DNA of 64,000 nt from Gnetum montanum (lineage: Eukaryota; Plantae; Gnetophyta). Made by a program: the position numbers and the translations under genes. The first letter of the stretch is position 1, and each line of letters opens with the position of its first letter. Below, one piece after another: positions 1-12,869 of the stretch. The DNA is taken from contig MNCI01000751.1 of the NCBI GenBank assembly GCA_015680685.1, positions 186,001 through 250,000 on the forward strand. The letters run 5' to 3'. Below the pieces are notes generated by a model, which was given only the letters and a program-made list of their open reading frames with translations, did no database searches and was not told the origin of the DNA.

Positions 1-189
1 TTTGTGGAAAAGATCATTTCAAATGAGTCTATCCAAAATTACAAACAAAAGTACAAAGGACCAACCAAATCAGGAATAAAAAATCCAACCCAAACATGAA
101 CAAAAGAAAAATTCCAACCACCACCACAACTGTGAAGAAGATATTGGCATCAACTAAATTAGGTTTGTGTGAATTTGAATTTGCTTTAA

Positions 190-2306
190 TAATTTTTTAA
201 GGTTTAATTAAAGGTAAAAAAATTAAATTTTTGATTGATAGTGGTGCAAATGATAGCTTTATTTCTCCAAAGTTAATTAATTTGATGAAATTAAGGTTAC
301 CTTCCAAGAAAATTATTAGGATAGAATTGGTAGATGGAATGACTATGAGCAAGCATACCAGGTATGGAAAAATTAACTTTACCTTGCAAAACATGTGTTT
401 CATTGATGAATTCTTTGAATTTAAACTAGGTGATGTTGATGTAATTTTAGAAATGTTTTGCAAAAATTTGATATTACTAACCACTTTGGAACTCGTATTT
501 TAAAAGTTCCAACAATTGACGGAGTCAAGGTTCTAAGGGGGGTAGGAATAGCAAGGGAAATTTATATAATAATCATTAAGCAAGCCAAAAGATTAGTCAG
601 AAAGGGTGCTATGATGTTGGTTGTCAAAGTAATCCAACCTCAGAGATGTTCAGGTACTGAGATTCCAAAAGGACTTAAGGAGTATAAAGATTCAGTATTT
701 GGGGAAACTAAATAACTATCTCCAAAAAGAACCATTGAGCTTGCTATTGATATTTTTTCTAGTACACAACCTATTTTAAAAGCCCCTTATAGATTTTCTA
801 CTTCTAAGTTAAGAGAATTAAAAGTACAATTCAACCAATTATTGGAAGAAGGGAAAATTTGACCTAGGGTATCACCTTGGGGTGCACCAGTCTTATTTGT
901 TAAAAAGAAAGATGGTATGCTAAGATTATGCATTGATTATAGAGCATTGAATAAAGTGATGATTAAAAATACTTATCCTTTACCTAGGATCGATGATTTG
1001 TTTGATCAACTTACAGGTGCATGTTATTTTTCAAAGATTGATTTAAAATCAAGTTATCACCAAATAAGAATCAAGGAGAAAGATATTGAGAAAACTACTT
1101 TTAGAACTACGTATGGATTATACAAATTTGTTGTGAGGATGTTTGGATTAACTAATGCACCTGCAAAATTCATGGCATTAATGAATAATATTTTTCATGA
1201 ATATCTTGATTAGTTTGTTATAGTATTTACAGATGATATACTTGTTTATTCTAAGTCGAGAGAAGAACATGTCAAACATTTAAAAATTACAATGGAAATT
1301 CTTAAAGAGCATTAGCTAAAAGCTAAATTTAGTAAATGTGAACTCTTTAAGGAGGAAGTTTCATACTTAGATCATATACTTTCTAAGAAAGGATTGCAAG
1401 TAGATCTAGCAAAAATTAGTGCAAATTGAGATTGATTTGAATTAAAAGATATTACAGCGATTCGTAGCTTCTTGGATTTAGCTAGTTTTTATTGACATTT
1501 TATTAAATATTATTCCACATTGGTAGCCCAATTGACTGGCCTTTTGCAGGAGAAATGTGTTTTAAGTTTGATGAAAGATGCAGGGAAGCTTTCCTTACAC
1601 TAAAGATTCTACTTACTATAGCACCTATTTTGAGAATTTTGGATGAAGAATTACCATTTGAAGTATCCATAGATGCCTGTCAAATAGGAATTGATGCAGT
1701 TCTTTCACAAGACGATTAAGTGGTATGTTATGAATCTCTTAAATTACGAGGAGCTGAGGTAAATTACTCAACCCATGATTTGGAATTGCTAGCAATTGTC
1801 CATGCTTTGAAAGTTTGGAGACATTATCTTTGTGGAAAAAGGTTTGTACTAAAAATAGATCATAAAATTTTAGAATATTTGTAGAGACAACCTATTTTGA
1901 ATAGTCATCAAAGGCAATGGGTAGAATTATTGGCTGAATATGATTTTCAAATCAAATATATCCCTGGTAAGAAAAATATGGTAGCCACTGCCCTTAGTTG
2001 ATTGTGGAACTTAATGATAGATGTGGTAACGACGCCTATGGAAGAGGAAATCAAGGAACAAATAAAAGAAGATACTTATTTAAAGAAGACTTTGACCAAT
2101 ATTTCCTCTAAGCCTCGATATCAACTTACCTCTAATGGTTTATTGATGAAAGGACAAAGAGTGTGCATACCAGAAGGAAATATGAAACTAAGGTTGTTGT
2201 GTGAAGCACATGAAGTACCATACATAGGACACCTAGGTTATATTAAGACCTATATGATGATACACAAATCTTATTTTTGGCCTAGAATGAAGAATGATGT
2301 ATCCTC
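190..2306 (+). pseudogene. pol: Gypsy pol, 5' part: protease, RT, RNase H, N-terminal half of integrase Zn finger
   Basis: LIDSGANDSFISP (PR); [52 protein letters not shown] (RT); DAC-IGI, ELLAIVHALKVWRHYL (RH); HEVPYIGHLG (INT); many stops and frameshifts. Confidence 0.95.
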
Positions 2307-4296
2307 TGTAACGAACCACTTTTCCTTGAGTTTTTGCATTAATGATTATAATAGTCTTTTTGTGTGTTTGTATGCATGTTTTGTTGATGAGTTGTGTGTG
2401 TTCTTTGGTGGAAAAGGCTAATTGGAATAGTAATAAATTTGTTGACCATATTTTTATATGTATTATGATTAAATGTTTAAATATTTTATGCAGAAGAAAT
2501 ATGATTTAAAATACATGTTGGGAATGTTTTAGAATAATAATAACAGATGATATATGGGAAAACAAATATTTTCCATTCTATTTCAATAGAGATGCTGGGA
2601 AACAGAGGAAAATGCTCTAAGGTGTGCCTCAAGAGCTAAAATAGGTATGTTGAGATGCAAATGAATGCTCATATTGAGGAACTTGACCTATGAATGAAGT
2701 TGGAGGAATTTGACCCATGAATCAGGGATATGTTGTGCAAATACTGTAGCTTTATATTTTATTTTATCTAAATGTGATGCATTGATNNNNNNNNNNNNNN
2801 NNNNNNNNNNNNNNNNNNNNNNNNNNNNNNNNNNNNNNNNNNNNNNNNNNNNNNNNNNNNNNNNNNNNNNNNNNNNNNNNNNNNNNNNNNNNNNNNNNNN
2901 NNNNNNNNNNNNNNNNNNNNNNNNNNNNNNNNNNNNNNNNNNNNNNNNNNNNNNNNNNNNNNNNNNNNNNNNNNNNNNNNNNNNNNNNNNNNNNNNNNNN
3001 NNNNNNNNNNNNNNNNNNNNNNNCATTCATTATTCCTTATTCCACCTACAAATAGGAAGAAGAGAAGAGGAAAAAATAAGGACACACACAAGGGAAAAGT
3101 AACTTTGTAGAACACAAAAAAGAAGAATACAACAACAAGGAGTGTGGCTATGAAGGGAGAGAAGACTGTCACTGTTACAAGAGATAGGAAAGAGAAAGAA
3201 AACAAGTGCGACATAGCAATCCAATATTCAGATAATTCCTCCTAGTAAGCAAGATATCTAAGCAAGGAGGTAAAATGATCCATCTTTGTTATGTTTGATA
3301 ATGGCTAGCATGGGTTGATTTTCTTAAAATTTTCTCTTCTTGCTTGTCTAACCACCTTCACAATGCTTGTATGAAAATATCAAGATTGTTGTTGTAAGCT
3401 TAGACTTATTGTTTGGATCTCTTTGCCCATCCTCTGCACTCTCATACCTAAATGATTTGGATGAGAGTTGTTTTTGTAATGATTTAGAAACACGCATAAT
3501 GATTTGGGGCATTTTTGGCAAAGGATTGTCAACAGGGGCTATGGATCCCTGATATGAGGATTAGTACCACCGGCAGAAAGTGAGAGTATCCTTGGGCCCA
3601 TCGATAATTGGGAATTGTTGAATTCTTGGATTTTGGTTGATAAACCCTCCCCTTTTGAATGCACAAATCTTGGATCTAAATCTTGAATTATACTTATTTT
3701 CTTCCTACACCTTCTCAAGTCTGATTTTAATATCTTTCTATAAGTTGATGGAGTGGGGGAAAACCTAGGATGTTAATTTATGATTGCGATGTATCTATTC
3801 TATGCTATTGAACATATGAATTTCCTGATTAAATGCTTACTGGTAAAATGGTTACAAGAGTTAGATTAAGATTTTGTTTTTGTGTGTGGCTGGAAGTTAT
3901 AAAATATTATTATGTGGTTGAACAAATAGGAGATCATTAATTTATCTGCTTTTGTGGTCATTTCTTTGGTTTTCAAAATGTGCAGATGATCCTAATTAAA
4001 TATTTCTTTTTAGGTTGAATAATAAAAAGTTTGATATTTTTAATCTAATGAATATTGTACAGATATTTTACTATGCCTATTTCTTTTTAAAATTATCTCT
4101 TAATTCTTAAATTAATATTGATTAACCTATTTCAAAGCTAGATCTAGGCGTTATTGATCTCGTTTCAATTTTATAGGTTAATGCTAGTTCCATTGTTGTA
4201 GAAAGAAAGCCACATGGGCAATTTTCTTCTTTCAACTAGCTTTCTTTTTAGGGGGCTTTGAGTGTTAGCTTTTGCTCCCTATGAGTGGATGTTACA
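2307..4296. mobile_element. Solo LTR (~2 kb including N gap) inserted in the integrase HHCC motif
   Basis: Termini TGTAAC...GTTACA; flanks TCCTC (2302-2306) and TCCGC (4297-4301) form a 5-bp TSD with 1 mismatch; removing it restores WPRMKNDVSAYIKNCSTCQ. Confidence 0.9.
2787..3022. other. Assembly gap (N run)
   Basis: Run of n. Confidence 1.
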
Positions 4297-5370
4297 TCCG
4301 CATACATTAAAAATTGTTCAACATGCCAAAGAATAAAAGATGAACAGAGAAAACCTAGTAGATTATTACAACCTATGGAAGTTCCAACTTGGAAATTGGA
4401 AGATGTCACCATGGATTTCATTGTGGGATTGCCAATAACCAAAAAGGGAAATGACTCAATTTTGGTAGTGGTTGATCATCTATCAAAGATGGCACATTTT
4501 ATAGCTTTAAAATCTACAAACATAGTAGAAGACTTAGCCCGAAAATTCATATGTGAAGTATTTTGATTACATGGTTGTCCAAAATCTATTACTTGGGACT
4601 AAGATCCCAAGTTCATATCAAAATTTTGGAAACATTTCTTCAATGAGCTTGGAACCCAATTGAAATTTAGCACAACTTACTACCCTACGACTGATTGGGA
4701 AACTAAATGTGTGAATAGAATATTAGAAGATATCCTACGAAGCTATGTTGTAAGTAGACCAAAAACATGGGAGAATTATTTACACCTAGTAGAATTTTCC
4801 TATAATAACAATTATCAAGGTTTCATACATCAAACACCATTCAAAGTAGTGTATGGACGTAATTATCCTACATCACTAACTTGGGTAGATCCAACTTTAA
4901 GAACATAATGGAAGGAAGAAGAAATGAGAATAATGGAAAACATTGTCACAAGAGTTAAACAAAATTTACAAGCTACCCAAGATAAATAGAAAGGATATGT
5001 TGATCAACATCGACTTAAAAAATAATTTCAACTAGGAGATCAAGTAGTACTAAGAGTAAAACCTACCATAAGTTCTCTTAAACTTGGAAAATATACTAAA
5101 TTAGCATCCAAATTTTTTGGACCCTTTGAAGTCTCTAAAAGATATGGCAAAGTAGGATATTGGTTAAATCTTCCAACAACCTTAAAAATTCATCTAGTTT
5201 TCCATGTAAGCTTGCTAGAGAAATTTCATGAAAATGATCTACCATATGTGCTAGACTAGAATACTTTGCCATTATGATCTAACGTCAAATTTGAAGTTAG
5301 AACCATTACAATTAAGACCAACAAACCAAGAAATTATGAAATAAAACCATTAGTGAAGTACTTGTGATTA
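4297..5370 (+). pseudogene. pol: Gypsy pol, 3' part: integrase core, GPF motif, truncated chromodomain
   Basis: CSTCQ; WKLEDVTMDFIVGLP; VVVDHLSKMAHF; FSYNN; FFGPFEV; IH-VFHVSLL; frameshifted chromodomain-like TKKL-NKTISEVLV. Confidence 0.92.
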
Positions 5371-5626
5371 GCAGACTTGGGAAAAATAAGGATTTATTTT
5401 TAATACTTACCCCCAACTTTTTTATCATCATGATATTGAATGATAAAGTGTATTTATTATGGATGTAATAAATTATGTTTTATAATTTCTGGTCTTCTAG
5501 TTTTATAGATGATAATGAGAAAAATAAAAGAATTGAAGCTGAGGAGCATAACAATGAAGTAGCAGCTCAGTAGTTGGATATAGAGGAAGTGCTTGAGGAT
5601 GAGCTAGATGCCTAAAGGGGTAAGAT

Positions 5627-6119
5627 TATAATGTCTTGTACCTTATTAATGGTGGAAACAATTGTAAATAATATAATTAACCTTCAAATGAAGGGGCACC
5701 TGATTATGAGGAGTTACGATTATTCATGTATCCCTTGGGGAAGGGTTTGACCTATGCCATTTAAGGTCAAGTTTATAGATTGTACTAGCATGGAGTTGTA
5801 GAGTTGGGATAGGCAAGTGATGAAAGCTAGGTGAAGCAGGATAAGAAGGGATTGATCACCCCTTTGGTAGGATAGCCTAACCGTGGTGGCAGTGCCAGAT
5901 TGCCTCTAAGTCTTAAGTGGCATAGGGAGATAACCCAAAGGGTATTACCGTACTCTCTCCTATTAATAAAATTTTTCTATTTTCCTCTTTTTAATTCTAT
6001 AGTACTAATTATTTATTTATTAAGTATTTATGATGTTTCCATTATATTATCTAAGAAGATGATGAATGCGATAAATAAAGCAGTCATATTTTTACGACAT
6101 TCGAGAATGGGATGTCACA
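5627..6119 (+). repeat. Probable 3' LTR of the chromovirus (~490 bp)
   Basis: Follows the purine tract; starts TATAATGTC (TG decayed to TA) and ends GGGATGTCACA; partner LTR is outside the window. Confidence 0.65.
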
Positions 6120-6654
6120 GTCATGGTAGTATCAAGTTTGATACTTATGCATCAATTCCATTTCTTAACCATTTTTCAGTCTTTGATACTTTTTAAGTTC
6201 TTTTCAAAATTTTCTATTCTTATCATTTTTCTATGATTTTTCTACTATATTTCATGTACATATTCTTTTTATTTTCCCAATAATTATAAAAGAATAAGAT
6301 AAGATGTAGTCATAATAATGGGAATATCATCCTATATCATCAAGTGATTAAACGATTGATGTCATATATAGTGAGACCACATCATCCATCCACTCATTTC
6401 CAATAATAAGAAGTTTTTACCAGGACCATAATGACATTCTATTCATAATAAAACTAAAATAAATGTGTGATCATTATGCATGGATAGAAATGTAAAGGAC
6501 CTAGTAGGAATGAAAAGGGTGTGATATCTAGGGTATTTGTGGATTCTCTATGACTACTACTATGAGTCTAATCTTGTTGTTCAATTGTAGTCTTTACATA
6601 AGTTCTAACGAAAAATGGAAGTATGCCTTAAATAAGTGCTACCTTGCCATGCCA

Positions 6655-6868
6655 CTAGAAAGACATGTTACCCATGCTTGAAGGTAGTCCTTTGGTAAGG
6701 TTGACACAATAATAACATAATAAATGCACAAAATAAAAATTTTTGGAGGTTCCACTCAAAAGACATGTTACCCATGCCTGAAGATAGGTGACTTCTTAGA
6801 AATTTCAAGGTTTCTTGGACTTGCATTATTTATGGGGCTAGAAAGACATATTACCCATGCTTAAAAGC
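6655..6868 (+). repeat. Three spaced direct repeats (~28 bp)
   Basis: AAAGACATGTTACCCATGC(T/C)TGAAG-like copies at ~6659, ~6759 and ~6842. Confidence 0.85.
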
Positions 6869-8263
6869 ACTCCTTTGTCCAATGGCCAAATCTCCTTTTG
6901 AAAAATAAAAATGTGCTAAATAGTAAGTTACTTTATTGAACTTCTTTGCCAAGTGTTGATACTTTTTAAAATTAGGATATTTTTGTAGTTGTTTGTTTTG
7001 GGATGATACAATGCAATGTCATTGGTAAGTGGTATGGACTTGGTTTGGATCTTGGATGGAAGGGCTAATGATTACTTTAACCATGTACCACACATAAGAA
7101 TTCATTATGCCTATGATATGACACCTCATGTTCCATTGTTTGTAATTCCTGCTACCACCATTCCATCTCATTATTATTTATAATCATAATTTAATGGTTT
7201 TTTATAATATAGTATGATTTTCTTAGTAAGGTAAAATACTAACATGTGTGTTTTTAGAAGATAGGTATGTTTTACGTTCAACTCCTTTAGACACTTATAA
7301 GTTTGGTTATACAAGGACACTAAGGGTTAAAGCTTGCTTTGGGGAGGATGGACTTGCATAGCTCTTGTGTTTCATACCTGATGATCAATTACACATCATC
7401 TTATGCCTTCGAAAAAATTAGATAATTATTATTACTTTCTTGTATACTCACTATTAGTTATACATTTGACAATTTTTACCAACCATCTCCTATAAAGCTT
7501 AAATTGACTTACCTTATCCAAATTCCTTCTTTCACAACCTCTCAATGATAAATTCTTATATCGGAGCATCATCCATGATCAATAATCATATAGAACATAT
7601 CTATACATTCTAGACTATCTATTTTACTTAATTTTTCCATCAAAAATTGCTCAAAATATTGAAAATTTCAAAGGTGATATCATAGATACAATGTATTAGC
7701 CCTACAATATTGCATCCATGATGTCATATCTACTATGTAGCTTATATAAACATCTATATATACACATGAGGGGTTAGAAAGTTTTAATTTGCTTCATTTC
7801 ATACAAGGAGATTTCATGCTATTTTTCTAACCCTTTGATCCAAGCTTTGGAGCTTCATTAGTTCCTTGTGGAAGAGTGTTGCATGTAGTTTGTGTGATTT
7901 GTGTTAAATTTTTCTAATGCTTGGAAGAACTTATTAAGGATAAGAACAATAATTACTTTTTTAACTAAATAACCAAATAAAGGCTAATGAACTTAACAAT
8001 CCTTCTTAACCAACCATTCAAACACATGCTAAACAAGAGATTCAAGATTGTGAGAGGTCATAAAGAATAAAAGCATCAAGAGAATATAACAATTAGGGGT
8101 TTCTTTTCAAAATTTTTCTAACTCTATAATCTTAATAAGAACTAAATAATAATAAAAAGGATTAATCTTAATCAAATAGAAGAGCTTGAGAGAGAATTAT
8201 AAATTGTTAAGAAACTTATTCAAAATCTTTTGATAATTTTAAACAAACTCTTTATGATTGAAG

Positions 8264-9084
8264 ATGGCTCCTAAAAGACTTGTAGCTAAAGGACTCTCAT
8301 AGCAAAGGGGTAAGAGACCTAGAGGAAGAGGATAAGCTAGAGAGAAAGCTCCACAAGCTAAGTAGGAAGCCTAATATTACAACATCCATCATCCTACACC
8401 TATGATAGAATAATCTACACAAGCTATAGTTGATGCTCCACTTGCTCAAGAGTAAGGACAACATGTCATGCTATCGGATGAATGTCTTCAAGCCATTTAG
8501 GAGAAATCTATCATGTCCATAGTCATAGTGAAATTAAACTTTGAACTATTCATGAAGTTCATCCCTATTGATGGTCAAGAGAAACTCCAAGTCTCTCCTA
8601 TTTTACCCATACTTTCATTCAATGGTGAATGGTATCTAGGGGAAGTATATTAGTTTTGAAAGAATAAACAAGATGATGCCACTATCAAGATTGAAGGGAT
8701 CATAGTGTCATATTCAGTTGAGGTAATAGCTAAGTTACTTAATCCTTTCAATGCCAAAGGAAACATAGCCCAAATCTCCACTAGATTTAACAAAGAGGAA
8801 AGGAAGTTATAGGTGCTGAGGTTCTATGGAACAAGTGAAAAGAAATATTATGGATTTTCCATAGAAGAGAAGATCTATTGCAAGGTTGGGACCTATCACA
8901 TCTTTTGAACTAAAAGATTAAATAGAATTTCCACCTATGTTACTAAAGGAAGTGCCATTCTCATGGGGAAATTCCAAGCTAATATGGCTCATTTGTTATT
9001 TTTGGAAATCTAGAGGAGGTTTGAAGAAAAGAAGATGGGGAAACTCACCCTATAATTTGACACACATCAAGGAAAAATTCATGT
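8264..9084 (+). pseudogene. Athila-type env-like/accessory ORF remnant, interrupted by element C
   Basis: Starts MAPKRLVAK; contains FNGEWYLGEVY*F*KNKQDDATIKIEGIIVSYSVEVIAKLL, similar to FSKEWYMRETFLFWNNNQTSSMIKIKDISVSYLVHAIVEALGLP at ~58800-58930 (-). Confidence 0.7.
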
Positions 9085-10258
9085 TGTAGTATAAAAAAAT
9101 CCAAAGCCAAAATTTTTGTTGTAATTTGGTGGAAATATAAGGGCAGATACAATTGCCTTATTTTTTGCTTAAATATCCTACATTATGGCCTTGTATTGAT
9201 GGAATTTAGGGCAATGTTGAATGGAAAAAAATTGAGATATGTAGTCCACACACTGTAGATCTCATGCATCTTAGCTTGTAAAGGCTAAAAAATGCTTCAC
9301 AGGCTATGAATGTTTTGTATCCTAGCTTGTGGAAGCCAAAAAATGCTCCACATGCTACAAATTCCATGTATCCTAACTTGTGGGTTTTGCAAGTGCTTTG
9401 CAAGTTGTGAAATTTGGTATTTTCACCTCACATGATGAGCATTGTAGTTCCACACATTGGGAAAGCTATAGAGATAACATGTAAAATTTATGCTTTAAGC
9501 CCACATGTTGGGCATCTTAGTTCCACACATTGGGTAGCATGTGGGGGTAGTGTGTGGGGAAAGAAATTAGCTAAAATTGCTCACACTCTACCAAGAAAGT
9601 GCTCTAAACTTGAAAAAATTTGTTAGATATTTGGTAGCAATCATGGTAGAATTAATCAATAGCAAATTGGGACCTCTATAGCCTATTTAAACAAAAATTC
9701 ACTTCATTGAATGGACTTTTGGAATGCATCGCATTCAACTAAACTTGAAACTTTTAGAGCAGTGTAGATCTCCAAAAGTCCACAATTATTTCTTCCCAAT
9801 GCAAAGCATCTAAAGGAGAGTAGAGTTGTGGCAAGCAATGTTTAAGAGCAGATTGATTAGAGAAGGATAAGTGTAGATTTGGTGGTAGAATACATCCTAC
9901 TATCTGCATCAGACATCAAAAATATTTTTTTATTGGGTTTTTTTTATAGCACATAATCTATATTTTCTAAATCTTTGTCTTTATAGTGCATTAATACAAG
10001 GTTGTAGTTTTCTTTTTTTTGCTATATTATTTCGTTTATTTCTTTGTTCTTGTTCTTATATTTGGTGCTTAAACCACTATTGCATACATTCTTCATCTTT
10101 ATGTTTTCTAATTTGGTAATAAATTTATAAGTGCTTTGGTGATTGAAGAGACCTCCCAGGGTGCTCCAAATCCTTTTTTAAGGCCCATGGATCTACGAAT
10201 AAAACTATTCTATGCTAGAATTTTTGGATCTCTAGCATTCAATTCTTTAGGTGCTATA
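9085..10258 (+). repeat. 5' LTR of element C
   Basis: TGTAGT...GTGCTATA (decayed GCTACA, the same end as LTRs of A and B), directly followed by a PBS; internal ~57-bp repeats at ~9265-9385; left boundary approximate. Confidence 0.65.
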
Positions 10259-10264
10259 GTTTTA

Positions 10265-10283
10265 TGACGCTAGAACGAAGGCC
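10265..10283 (+). promoter_or_regulatory. Primer-binding site of C (tRNA-Asn type, decayed)
   Basis: TGACGCTAGAACGAAGGCC versus consensus TGGCGCTAGAAGGAGGG. Confidence 0.7.
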
Positions 10284-10329
10284 TATGACTTACACTTCTT
10301 TACTAAAATCTAATGCAAAATTTTTTTGT

Positions 10330-10830
10330 TAGTGTTGGTCTTAGCCTGTGAACCTGTCTCATACAATGAAAGTTTGTTTGGGATTTCTCAAAGCCCAGCA
10401 TGTAGACTGTAACCCATATTGCTTCATTAAAATTTATAAAAGTTTGTTGGATTTTCTTGAAACCCAATGTGTGGCCAATCACCAATTTTATTTGCATCAA
10501 TTAAACATAAGTTTTAGGTTTCCTAAAGCACAACATGTGTCTAGTAACATGTTCTATTCATTGTAATTTTTTACATCAGTCTTGGATTTTCTAAGATCCA
10601 ATGTGTGGCTTGTAATGAATCTTGCCTTGTTTAACTTTTAAAAATTTGTGTCACATTTTCTAGAAACCCAACATATATCTTGCCACTAATTTCATCTACA
10701 ACAATTCCAAAATTCAATGCTGGGTCTTTCTAAGGCCTAGCATGTGGCCTATAAATGGTTTCATTTTCAACAATCTTACATTGGTGTTGGGTTTCTTTAG
10801 GGTCTAGCATGTGAATTGCAGCTTGTTCTA
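10330..10830 (+). repeat. Degenerate ~60-bp tandem array in the 5' UTR of C (~8 units)
   Basis: Recurring TTGGATTTTCT-A-ACCCAA-ATGTGGC-TGTAA. Confidence 0.8.
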
Positions 10831-12869
10831 TCTTTAGAAGTTTTCACTTTAAACACTTGAATCATAGTCTCAGATGTTGAAACTTTCACATTAAAACACC
10901 ACCAAGAAAATGCATGTTGTAATCTTGTTGAACTATAGCTCTCACTCGATGAAACCTGAGGCTAAGCTTTCATTGTAAATTTGAATATTGTATTCTAGAA
11001 GGTACAATTTTACATACTTTATCTTTTGGGGCTGAAAAGTGCCTCATAAGTGGTCAAAGCCTTAATTCCCAAGTGAAAAAAGTTATATCATGCCTATATT
11101 TTGGCTTTTGACAGAGGGTGTGGGGGGTTGTGGGGGTATGACCTTTGCTAAATTGGAAACACCTATGGGGGTATAACATCATCTATGCCCAACATTGGAG
11201 GGTATAACTCTTGCATCCCCTATGTTGCTTCTTTGCCCCCAACGTTGCTCCAACATGGCCCCAACACTTTAGCATTGTTCTAGCTTCAGCGTTGATATTG
11301 CATCCCTAGCATTGTCCATGCATCTCAGCATGGCTATTGTAGGTGCAACATTGCTCTTGGAAGGCTAGCATGGGTGGAAGAAGCCAACATGGGTGAAATT
11401 TCCATTTACTATTTTGGGTAATAAAAATGGTTTTGGTACCATGGGGGTATCAAAACTTACCATACATAGAAACCATGCTGGATTTGGACACCTAAAACAC
11501 CTACATGTAACACCAATATGTAAGAAATTAGACAAAAATTTGTAGTAAAATTTATGACCATGAAAGCTATATAAACCAAGCTTCAACACCATGAAAAGAT
11601 TCCACTTATTTGGCATTCAAGAGCTTTGAAAATTCATTGCAGGCACAATGCTTTTGAAAGAAAATTTTAGTGTGGAACCCATAGCCATTGTAATCACTTC
11701 TACCCCGTAAGATTGTGTGTGATTTTGTGACAACACTAAGCCACCTGGGCATTGAGACTCCCAATTTAGCTCTTCTTTGTAGCCCAAAAACCCCACACAT
11801 CTTACCCCTTCTACACAACCAATGCTGTAGGTTTGGTGATGATTATAGTAATGTTTCACAATTTAGGAAGTTAGGAAGTTTATGGATCATGGAGTTGACT
11901 GCGACATCCAAGGATACCAACTTTAATAGTCTCCAATCCCCCAGTGAAGTGAACTCTTTTTGCTTCCTCAAGAATCACTTGTACACACTCTGAACTCCCT
12001 TTATTTTTGTTTAATAAATTTTATGGCTCTATTTATTATGCAAGTTAGAATACATTTATTTTCCATTCTATACATATATTTTTAGATATGCATTACATTT
12101 TTTTATTACCCCTTGTTTACACTTTGTAAGTCACTGGGTGATTGGCAAGATCATCTAGCACACCTTGGATCCTATTTTTAGAGGACCTNCACATAAAGTT
12201 TTGGATGATAGAATCACCAATGCTAGCCTTGCGAAAAAATTTACATAGTAGAGGGGTTTTGAGGTTTTGTAGAATAGAAACACTAGCTTTAAAATTTTTA
12301 ACAACTACTATGAAAATTTTCCCTAAACCCAAATCACTTGCAACCTCCATGCTAGGTTTTGGTGTCAGGGGGATGGGTGGTAGCATTGGTACTTCTAGCA
12401 AAAAAAAGAGTTATTAAAGTTGCATAATTTTTTATTGCAAATTTAAGGATTTACGCTTCAAAATAGCATTCTTGCAATGGCCAATAGGATTGGACATAGA
12501 ACTTGGGTAGACGTCCTCCTTTTANGTTATCTTATCCCATTCTTTCCCACTTTCTAGCTTCAACATGGGTCTTGCTGCTAGGCCTAGTGTGGTGGGGGTT
12601 TGACATAAAGCCCTAGGTGTTTTTTCTAAGTAAATGGTATATCCTCCTTTTAATACAACTTGCACTGTATTTTATAGTTGCAATGAATAGCATTTTGATA
12701 GTCATACCCACTTTTACATTTTAAAAATTTCTTTTGCTGAAATTTCTTATTTTACTAGTTAATTAAAAATTTTATCAAGCTAACTTTAACATCATCAACA
12801 TGTCATGTAGCCAATCAACCTTTTTTCCTTTTAACTTCATCAAGACAACATCTAGCCAATAGACTATAA

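Larger units (their letters stand above)
1..6119 (+). mobile_element. Ty3/Gypsy chromovirus-type (Tekay/Del-like) LTR retrotransposon, 5' part outside the window, decayed
   Basis: Domain order PR-RT-RH-INT with a GPF motif and chromodomain start, then a purine tract (AAAGGGGTAAG, ~5614-5624) and an LTR-like block. Confidence 0.88.
6120..9084 (+). mobile_element. Remnant E: post-integrase region and env-like accessory ORF of an old Athila-like element
   Basis: T-rich spacer followed by a decayed ORF similar to the accessory ORF of element D. Confidence 0.55.

Noticed and set aside
6655-6868. Three spaced repeats resembling a mini-CRISPR
   Set aside because: Only three units with uneven 55-75-bp spacers, inside a retroelement spacer.
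7380-7640. Coding-like patch in remnant E
   Set aside because: Too decayed, with no recognisable motif and no second copy in the window.
11506-12195. Possible solo LTR starting TGTAACACC in the 5' UTR of C
   Set aside because: No matching terminus with a TSD was found.
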